Of a stretch of DNA of 51,349 nt, positions 44,951 through 51,349 are shown one piece after another (position 1 is the first letter of the stretch; the number at the start of each line of letters is the position of its first letter). Position numbers and translations under genes: made by a program. Origin of the DNA: Burkholderiaceae bacterium (GTDB lineage: Bacteria > Pseudomonadota > Gammaproteobacteria > Burkholderiales > Burkholderiaceae_C); contig DASVLN010000277.1 of the NCBI GenBank assembly GCA_036384855.1, forward strand, positions 1 through 51,349, read 5' to 3'. The notes beneath the pieces were generated by a model. The model had not been told where the DNA came from. It saw nothing but the letters and a program-made list of their open reading frames with translations, and searched no databases.

Positions 44951-46348
44951 CTATCCAAAGAAGGAGCGGCGCACGACGATCAGCTCGCCGAATGCGCGCG
45001 AGAGCGCGTCGACCTGGTCGTCGAACGATCCGTTCGGGAAGACGCGCAGCTCGGAGATGAAGGCGGCATTCCAGTCGCCGCGCAGCATCGACACATTGCC
45101 GACGTTCACCTGCGCCGCGGCCGGCTCGGCCCGGGTGACCTTGTCGCCAGTCTCGGGCGACGTCGAGACCTTGTAGCCCGCGAGCTGGCGCGTCAGGTAC
45201 AGCACCTGCGTCTTGCCTGCCTGCCCCGGGTCTTGCGGGATGCTCTGCTTCGTGGGGCGCCCGTCGCGCGCCGCCGTGTTCACGATCGCGGCGTCGCGCT
45301 GGTCGGGCCCGCAGCGCATGCGGTTGACGTCCGCGATGATGAAGCGGCCGTCCTCGGTGCGACCGAGCCGCAGGCCGACCGTCCAGTCGCCGTCCGTCGT
45401 GCTCGCCAAGTCCCAGCCGCGCACCCAGTCGATCCGCCCGGCCGGCAGCGCGTCGATGACGCTGATCTGGTCGGGCTTGAACAGGCCACCATCCAGCGGC
45501 GCGGGCCGCTGCCGGTACTGGCCGGCGAACACGTAGGGTGACGCGCTCTCCATGCGGCGCAGCGCCTCGGCATCGTGCTTCTCCGGCCACAGCGGCGTGC
45601 CGTCGTCGTTCCAGGCCGAGAGGCAGAGGTGCTCCCACACCTCGCCGTTGCCGCCCGGCGCAATGCCGGGCTGCTCGCCCAGCAGCCAGCCCGCCAGGTC
45701 GTCCTGGTGCAGCCGCTGCATGATCACGATGATCGGCGTGTCCGGGCTGTTCTTCCGGCTCTCGAGCGTCGTCTGGAACCAGTCGATCACGCCCTGGCGA
45801 ATGACGTCGCTGCGCGCCTCGTCAGCCTTGTGCGGGTCGTCGATGACGATCGCCCCGCCGAAGCCCTCCCGGTGCTTGCCCGCGCCGAAGCCGGTGATCG
45901 TGCCGCCGGTGCCCGTCGCGTACATGACTCCGCCGGCCGTCGTCTTCCAGTGGTGCGCCGCCTCACCGCTCAGCGCCACGCCCGGAAAGATTTCCCGGTA
46001 GGCCTCGTGCTGCACCATGCTGCGGATGCCCGCGCTGTTGTTGACCGCGAGCTGGCTGCTGTAGCTGGTGTGGATGAACTCGGCGTCCGGCACCTGCCCG
46101 AAGCACCACGCAATCCAGTTGATCACCGCAAGCTCAGTCTTCGAGTACCGCGGCGGGATGTTGATCACCAGACGCTTGCACTCGCCGCGGTAGACACGCA
46201 TCAGCGCGTCGCAGATCAGCTTGTGGTGCCGGGCCCGCTGCCACTGGAAGCCCTTGCGCTGCTGGAACATCCAGCGGCTGAAGAAGTAGTGGTCGGCGCG
46301 CGCGAGCTCAGCGGCCGCGAACCGCTCCTGCGGCGAGAAGACCCGCAC
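44951..46348 (-). CDS. terL: Terminase large subunit
   Basis: INIPPRYSKT Walker A, IVIDDPHK Walker B, IMQRLHQDDL, GQYRQRP, WDLA, FPNGSFDDQVDA. Confidence 0.95.
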   Translation of the reverse strand: MRVFSPQERFAAAELARADHYFFSRWMFQQRKGFQWQRARHHKLICDALMRVYRGECKRLVINIPPRYSKTELAVINWIAWCFGQVPDAEFIHTSYSSQLAVNNSAGIRSMVQHEAYREIFPGVALSGEAAHHWKTTAGGVMYATGTGGTITGFGAGKHREGFGGAIVIDDPHKADEARSDVIRQGVIDWFQTTLESRKNSPDTPIIVIMQRLHQDDLAGWLLGEQPGIAPGGNGEVWEHLCLSAWNDDGTPLWPEKHDAEALRRMESASPYVFAGQYRQRPAPLDGGLFKPDQISVIDALPAGRIDWVRGWDLASTTDGDWTVGLRLGRTEDGRFIIADVNRMRCGPDQRDAAIVNTAARDGRPTKQSIPQDPGQAGKTQVLYLTRQLAGYKVSTSPETGDKVTRAEPAAAQVNVGNVSMLRGDWNAAFISELRVFPNGSFDDQVDALSRAFGELIVVRRSFFG

Positions 46349-46351
46349 GCA

Positions 46352-46834
46352 TCACACCTCGTCGGCCACCCGCCGCGCGATCTGCTGGAACTCCTCGAGC
46401 GTCACGGACGTGGTGGTGCTGGCCTGCTCGATCGGGCCGCCCCCCTTGCCCGTGATCTCGCGGCGGTTCGTGAACGCCCCGCCGACCTCCTTTGCCGCCT
46501 GCTCCACGAGCTGCGCGGCGAGAGCGACGTTGCGCTGGTTCTCGGCGAGCGTGGCCAGCCGCTGAAGCGTGCGCAGACGCACCGCCTGATTGGCGATCGG
46601 GATCTGCGACGTCTCTTTCAGGAACGCCGCCCTCGTCGACTCGAACAGCGCGACGAGCTTGGCGCTGATCTGCCCGCGGCCGGACACCTTCGACGGGTCG
46701 TACTCGGCCACCTGGCGCCGGTGGATCTCGATGCCGAACTCCTCCCGAACCGCGTCGACGATCTGCGAAGGCGTGTCGAAGCAAGCGAGCGCCTGAACGA
46801 TGAAGAGCTTCTGCGGCTCGGTGAGCTTTGCCAT
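46352..46834 (-). CDS. terS: Terminase small subunit (DUF2280)
   Basis: KLFIVQALACFDTPSQ..V..EFG, YDP.K, EQAAKEVG..FTN, EITGKGGGPI. Confidence 0.85.
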   Translation of the reverse strand: MAKLTEPQKLFIVQALACFDTPSQIVDAVREEFGIEIHRRQVAEYDPSKVSGRGQISAKLVALFESTRAAFLKETSQIPIANQAVRLRTLQRLATLAENQRNVALAAQLVEQAAKEVGGAFTNRREITGKGGGPIEQASTTTSVTLEEFQQIARRVADEV

Positions 46835-46856
46835 GGTTGTCGGGGCCGGGTTCGGG

Positions 46857-47483
46857 CTAAGCTGCCCTTAGGAGACACGTGCCGCACGCACCCGCGACCT
46901 GCAGGCGGCTGACTTCGGGAGCGCGCCCCGCCGCCTCGACCAGGCGTGCCAGGTTGCCCTCCGGGTTGCCGGTTCCGTACCGGCGGACGACGCCCACGAA
47001 CTCTTCAACGTCGTGCCCTCGGATCTCTAGGCGCGGGCGCCCTTCCTTCGTGAACAGCGGCTCGCCGAACAGGCCCCGCGCGTGCGCCACGTGGTAGAGC
47101 TCGTGCTCTACCAGCGCGCACCACTCAGCGTCGGTGCAATCGGCGGCGTAGCTCGCCGCGAAGGTGATCAGGAACTTGGGTGCGACGCCGAACCAGTCGG
47201 CGTATTGCTGCTCGGCGCGCATGCGCTCGAAGCCGCCGGAGCGGAAGCTGACTTCCTCGGCGGTTCCGACTACGGTGCGGCCCTTCTTCGCGAATCCTTG
47301 CGGCGCCCACATGACCTGCAGGTCGGCGCCGATCAGGTGGCGGTGCTCCGGGTTGTGGAGCTCGCCTGTCTCCCGCAGGATGTAGCGCTCGATCCACTCG
47401 AGCACTTCGGCCGCGGGTTGCATCCGCCCGTCCGCCGGCGGCCGCGGGCGCCGGGGCACGCGCGGCGCGCTGGTGCGGGCCAC
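46857..47483 (-). CDS. Putative phage metallopeptidase
   Basis: LHNPEH.HL, ALVEHELYH (HExxH), HDVEEFVGVVRRYG. Confidence 0.85.
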   Translation of the reverse strand: MARTSAPRVPRRPRPPADGRMQPAAEVLEWIERYILRETGELHNPEHRHLIGADLQVMWAPQGFAKKGRTVVGTAEEVSFRSGGFERMRAEQQYADWFGVAPKFLITFAASYAADCTDAEWCALVEHELYHVAHARGLFGEPLFTKEGRPRLEIRGHDVEEFVGVVRRYGTGNPEGNLARLVEAAGRAPEVSRLQVAGACGTCLLRAA

Positions 47484-47485
47484 GG

Positions 47486-47764
47486 TCAGTCCTCGCAGAT
47501 CCGCGGCGCCTCGATGCGGATCGGCCGGCGCAGCTTTCCCGTGATCTTCAGCGCCCACCCCGGGTTCTCGCGGCCCGCGGCGGCCAGCACCGTGAAGCAC
47601 AGGCCGAACATCGCCTCCGACAGCAGGAACAGCGGGATCAGCAGCGGCGAGCGCGGGTCGATCAGCGGGGCCTCGGTGTCCAGGTCGCCCAGGTAGACCG
47701 GGCAGACGCCGAACCAGCCCTTGTGCGTCAGCAGGACGCCTTCGACGGGCGCGCGCGGTGTCAT
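47486..47764 (-). CDS. Phage hypothetical protein
   Basis: THKGWFGVCPVY...ITGKL; operon packing. Confidence 0.6.
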   Translation of the reverse strand: MTPRAPVEGVLLTHKGWFGVCPVYLGDLDTEAPLIDPRSPLLIPLFLLSEAMFGLCFTVLAAAGRENPGWALKITGKLRRPIRIEAPRICED

Positions 47765-47768
47765 TGCC

Positions 47769-48008
47769 TTACTGCGCGGCGGTGGTCGCCGGGGCCGTGG
47801 GTTGCGCGTCGGGCGCGGGCGCGGCGGCCGGCTTGTGCCCGAAGATGTGCTCGCCGAAGGCGCGGAAGAACGAGGCCACCGCCGCCGCGTCGTGCTCCAG
47901 CACGTTGGCAAGGCTCGGCTCGACGGACTTCAGCTTCGCCTCGATGGCGTCGGCTTGCGTCCGCAGGCGGTCGACCTCGGCTTGCATCGCCTCGCGAATG
48001 GTGGGCAT
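47769..48008 (-). CDS. Phage hypothetical protein (79 aa)
   Basis: AGGAG RBS; N-terminal coiled coil. Confidence 0.65.
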   Translation of the reverse strand: MPTIREAMQAEVDRLRTQADAIEAKLKSVEPSLANVLEHDAAAVASFFRAFGEHIFGHKPAAAPAPDAQPTAPATTAAQ

Positions 48009-48227
48009 GTCGTTCTCCTGTTGAGTTGAGGGTGCAGGCGCCCGCCGCCAGGCGCCGGAGGAGGCCGGCCGGCACGTTCACTCGCGTCACCTGCTGCCGG
48101 CGATCTTTCGCACTCTGGCCGGCTTGTGCGGGCCGCTGCGCTCCGATGTGGCCCATGACCAAGCAGGTCGGCGGGAGTGGCCCGGGTGGCGCTTGACGCG
48201 GCGCTTGGCCGCTCCCGCGGCAAGGAT

Positions 48228-48332
48228 CGAGGGGCCGGTGCTGATCTCCGGCTTGCCCCGTTCAGCGTCTACGGGGCGCGATTGAATTTCCGACTCTGGA
48301 CTTCACTGCGCATCAGCCTGCGCATTCCCTCG
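48228..48332 (-). ncRNA. Putative tRNA-like RNA with loop-loop pseudoknot
   Basis: CGAGGG/CCCTCG closing stem; arms GCGCA-GGCTGA-TGCGC, GCCCCGT...ACGGGGC, GCCGG-AGATCAGCA-CCGGC; GCTGAT is complementary to ATCAGC. Confidence 0.5.
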
Positions 48333-48604
48333 CGAAAGCGATCCCCGGCTCACGCTCCCCTTCGGCCTCGCGGCCTCCGCTGCTGCGCGATCGCTTTCGC
48401 GAGGAGCCGGCTTCCGCCGGGTCTCGCGGCCCGTCTTCCCGGGCTGTCGTCTCGCCTGACTGTCTCGCCCCTTGCCGTCACTGGCTGACGGGGTTCCAAC
48501 AACAGTGGCAGCGCGGGTTGCCTGCCGATGTGCGTGAATCCACGCGAGCCCTTTTGCGGCCCTGGCAGGTGCTTCGCGCCGGCTGACCGGCGAAATGGGA
48601 ATGA

Positions 48605-48946
48605 TCAGTCGGGGGATTCCCCGTCGCGGTGGACGAGCTCGAGCTGGTCGCACTGGCCGTAGTCGACCTTCACGCCCACGAGCGTGGCGGTGATCGGGCC
48701 ATGGCCGATGCGCTCGCGGTGCACCTGGAAGTGCCCGTCGCTCAGGCACACGGCGTGGGCGTACGGCTGCTCCACCTTGCCGATGTCGCCGGCATCGCGG
48801 TACCGCACGATGCCGACGCGGCAGTTGCACGTGGGCGCGCCGGGCGTGATACCCAGCATGACGCCGACGACCACGCCGGGCGTGTTGTAGACCTTGCCTT
48901 TGACCAGGTCGCCGACCTTGGCCTCGCGACCGTCCTTGTAGTGCAT
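48605..48946 (-). CDS. Phage hypothetical protein (113 aa)
   Basis: GAGGAG RBS; MHYKDGREAKVGDLV...TPG..TCN. Confidence 0.7.
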   Translation of the reverse strand: MHYKDGREAKVGDLVKGKVYNTPGVVVGVMLGITPGAPTCNCRVGIVRYRDAGDIGKVEQPYAHAVCLSDGHFQVHRERIGHGPITATLVGVKVDYGQCDQLELVHRDGESPD

Positions 48947-48965
48947 GCGCGTCTCCTCGCGATGA

Positions 48966-49041
48966 TGGTTGCGGGGGCCGGGCTCGAACCGGCGACCTCC
49001 GGGTTATGAGCCCGGCGCGCTACCCACTGCGCTACCCCACG
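48966..49041 (-). tRNA. tRNA-Met(CAT), initiator type
   Basis: 76-nt cloverleaf; C1:A72 mismatch, three G-C pairs in the anticodon stem, loop CTCATAA, TTCGA T-loop, encoded CCA. Confidence 0.95.
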
Positions 49042-49059
49042 TCTTGATCGTTCAGCCGC

Positions 49060-49347
49060 TCAGATCGATGGGCACATGCTCCAGCGAGCCTCGATCCTCG
49101 GCGCGTCGCGCTTCACCATGCGCTTGACGAAGGCGCTGGCCGCGGTCAGAGCGGCCGACGAGCGCATGTCGACCCGGCCGCCGGCGGCGGGCTCGACGCG
49201 GAACGCCGAACGCACGACGCTCACTGCGAACGCGAAGGCATCGCGCGCGGCCGCCACGACGCGCGCGAGGCCGTCGAACGCCGTGGAGGCGACGCTCATC
49301 ACGACGGCGAGCGCCAGGCTCGGAAGGACTCGGAGGGATCGGATCAT
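49060..49347 (-). CDS. Phage hypothetical protein (95 aa)
   Basis: MIRSLRVLPSLALAVVM...RWSMCPSI. Confidence 0.5.
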   Translation of the reverse strand: MIRSLRVLPSLALAVVMSVASTAFDGLARVVAAARDAFAFAVSVVRSAFRVEPAAGGRVDMRSSAALTAASAFVKRMVKRDAPRIEARWSMCPSI

Positions 49348-49412
49348 CGGAGGCTCACTGGTTGTCGCCGGCGGCTCCCGGCGGGAAGGCCCTGGCCGTA
49401 GCGGGCAAGATG

Positions 49413-49685
49413 TCAGGCCGTGCGGTCGGCGAGGCTCGCGCTGACGTTCACGCCCGCGCCGATCACGCCGGCACCGCTGGTCGTCACGTTGCCGTACATG
49501 CCGACGTGGATGTCGCGCGTGTCGTCGTCCACGAGGGCGTCGATGAAGGCGCAGGCGGCGGCGTACGCCTTGTCCTGATCGACCGCGTGCGTCGACTGGT
49601 GGCGCACCACCTCCGCGAGCTTGGCGGCGACGGAGTTCTTGGCCTCGGCCTTGTTGGCGGCGCGGATGGTGAAGGAATAGGACAT
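49413..49685 (-). CDS. Phage hypothetical protein (90 aa)
   Basis: MSYSFTIRAANKAEAK..V..Q..H..D..A.AFID.L. Confidence 0.65.
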   Translation of the reverse strand: MSYSFTIRAANKAEAKNSVAAKLAEVVRHQSTHAVDQDKAYAAACAFIDALVDDDTRDIHVGMYGNVTTSGAGVIGAGVNVSASLADRTA

Positions 49686-49697
49686 GGATGGGCTCGC

Positions 49698-49734
49698 AAA
49701 GAAGAAGCCCCCGGGGCGTTTCCACCTCGGGGGC
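49698..49734 (-). terminator. Intrinsic terminator in the late leader (tR'-like)
   Basis: Minus strand GCCCCCGAGGTGGAAACGCCCCGGGGGCTTCTTCTTT, downstream of the Q-like gene. Confidence 0.7.
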
Positions 49735-49953
49735 AAGCACGTCGCCTTCTCAGACTCTTGGTGTGCCCGGCGCGGACGCACCTGTCCATCGACAGGGCCG
49801 TCTGCGGAACGGGCGCCAGGGGCAACCCCCTGGGGACAAATTCAACGCGTGGGCCGAAGCTGACGCGCCGCCGTCTGCAGCGCCCGGACAGGGCTGGCAT
49901 GCAGCACGACGTGATTGTGCACAGGTCGCATAAGAGCGATATCGAGCTTTGAG

Positions 49954-50724
49954 TCAGCCGACCGCGCCGCTGCCCGCGGCTTCAGCCCGCAGCAGCATCG
50001 CCTTGGCCTCGCGCACCGCACGACGTTGCCGCGCGAGACTCGCCGCCGCCGTGTCGACGAGATCCGAGAGGTCGAGCAGCAGCGCGAATACGAAGGCGCG
50101 ACCTATCTCATCCTTGCCCACGCTGTACCTCCGGCTGCCCGTGGCCTTGCAGGCGCGGCACCGCTTCTGCGGCTCCCCGCGCTGCAGCGCACCCGTGAAC
50201 CCGATGCCGCGGCATTCGCGGCATTGCGGAGATAGGAAGACGTCCAGCGCCGCGCCAGCAAGGCGCAGGATCCGCTCGGTCGGGAGGACGAACCTCAGTT
50301 CCCGGGCGCGTGCCAGCGCGAAGTGACCCAACATTTCCTTGGTGCGCCGCAGGCTGGGCAGCGTCGCGATGATCATGACGTGGTCGGTCAAGGCCTGCGC
50401 CTGGGCGGCGCTGTTGATTGCGCTCGCCCGCTGCTCCGCTGTGGACAGGACGACACCGTCCTCGTCGACGAAGTCCCCCTTCTGCCGCGCGGCGTCGATC
50501 TCCGCGGCGCGCAGCCGCGCCTCTGCCGCCCGGTGCTCTCCACGCACCGTGTCGTACTCGACCTGCAGGCGCAGCAGCGCGCCGGCGAGGCAGTTTCCCG
50601 CCAGCCCCGCCGCGACCAGCAGGTCGACGTCGCCCGCTGTCTCCCGCACGCGCAGATTGCTCGACTCGATCGCCCCGCTGTAGCGCTCGGCCATCGTCAC
50701 GGGCTCGTCGTTCGTCGTCCTCAT
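49954..50724 (-). CDS. Q-like late antitermination protein
   Basis: ERYS.AI.SSNL..D.L.AAG; CRECRG.G and CRACKATG Zn motifs; sits just upstream of the late operon. Confidence 0.7.
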   Translation of the reverse strand: MRTTNDEPVTMAERYSGAIESSNLRVRETAGDVDLLVAAGLAGNCLAGALLRLQVEYDTVRGEHRAAEARLRAAEIDAARQKGDFVDEDGVVLSTAEQRASAINSAAQAQALTDHVMIIATLPSLRRTKEMLGHFALARARELRFVLPTERILRLAGAALDVFLSPQCRECRGIGFTGALQRGEPQKRCRACKATGSRRYSVGKDEIGRAFVFALLLDLSDLVDTAAASLARQRRAVREAKAMLLRAEAAGSGAVG

Positions 50725-51014
50725 GCCTTCGTTCCCTTCTTCTGCGCGCGCTTGGCGCGATCAATTGCGTTCGCCGTGGGCGCCGGGCCGTCGCACGGCA
50801 CGCCCATGGCCTTCAAGACCTTGAATCCGTCGTACTCGGCGCGGTCGATCGTCATCACGAACGCCGCGGCGTCGCCGATGGCGATTCCCACCAGGACGAC
50901 CTCGCTGTAGCTGTCCGAGTCGCTGATGGCGGTGATCCGGTCGCCGCGTGCGTGGGCGGCTGCGACGCGCGCTTGCAGCGCCTGCTCAGGCGTGGGCACC
51001 AGTTCGGGCTTCAC
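50721..51014 (-). CDS. Phage hypothetical protein
   Basis: GTGA/ATGA coupling on both sides. Confidence 0.55.
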   Translation of the reverse strand: MKPELVPTPEQALQARVAAAHARGDRITAISDSDSYSEVVLVGIAIGDAAAFVMTIDRAEYDGFKVLKAMGVPCDGPAPTANAIDRAKRAQKKGTKA

Positions 51015-51349
51015 AGGACGCCCTTCTCGAGCAGGCGGCCCAGGCTGCGGAAGTGGCCCATGCACCACGCCAGGTCGATCTCGTCGCGGGTCAGGTGCGG
51101 CGCGGCGATCTGGCCGTCGTAGACCCCATCGCAGGCGGTGCAGGCGATCGCACCGCAGACGTCGAGCGCCTTCGTCGCCATGCCGCGGCCCGCGTCGCCC
51201 AGGCGCGCGCCCCAGCGGGCGTGCGACCAGATCGAGAACTCGGGCGCGAACCGGCAGACGCCCGGCAGGCGCACCGTGCAGGGCTCGCCCCTGGCTGCCT
51301 CGCGGATGCGCGCGCCCCAGGCCTCGACGGCGCCCGCGACCGGGCGGCG
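51011..51349 (-). CDS. DUF1364 (YbcO-like) nuclease-domain protein, 5' end outside the window
   Basis: IREAARGEPCTVRLPGVC..WSH..G..K..D..GAIACTACD..YD. Confidence 0.8.
   Translation of the reverse strand, partial: RRPVAGAVEAWGARIREAARGEPCTVRLPGVCRFAPEFSIWSHARWGARLGDAGRGMATKALDVCGAIACTACDGVYDGQIAAPHLTRDEIDLAWCMGHFRSLGRLLEKGVL

Larger units (their letters stand above)
3336..51349. mobile_element. Temperate prophage with contractile tail (DUF2184/DUF2213/DUF3383 structural set) inserted at the ssrA 3' end; extends beyond the window
   Basis: Phage genes begin right after tmRNA; arm-like repeats at 3415-3448; full head-tail-lysis operon 15.9-46.8 kb; attR and integrase not in the window. Confidence 0.9.

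Noticed and set aside
49911-49945. Late promoter pR' candidate (CACAAT -10 on the minus strand)
   Set aside because: No convincing -35 at proper spacing; the position is plausible but support is too weak

Overview
GC-rich, probably Burkholderiales-like chromosome. Bases 1-3335 are host genes (TetR regulator, SnoaL/DUF1348 protein, DUF72, GNAT, a hypothetical) ending in tmRNA (ssrA, tag ANDSSYALAA). From about 3336 to the window end is a temperate myovirus-type prophage apparently integrated at the ssrA 3' end; its integrase, repressor and replication genes are not in the window. Left to right the prophage carries: (i) att-arm-like repeats and a gene with an SOS box; (ii) a + strand accessory operon (4.6-11.9 kb) with a Gp49-family protein, a KGG protein, cassette-like junction repeats, a C5 methyltransferase with a nested second subunit, and DUF1643; (iii) a moron block with a low-GC RelE-like/HTH/DUF6941-like trio, SRAP, an exported PLD-family nuclease and an XRE regulator; (iv) a complete - strand late operon (Q-like antiterminator, tRNA-fMet and tRNA-like RNAs, terminases, DUF1073 portal, Nudix-DUF2213, DUF2184 capsid, DUF3383 sheath, baseplate, fibres, lysis). 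The most unusual elements are three tandem paralogues sharing one fibre-anchor domain (possible heterotrimeric fibre), a 5-gene structural cassette between endolysin and spanin, the tripartite TA-like module, and several tRNA-like RNAs. All family assignments come from motif recognition by eye; no searches or folding programs were run.
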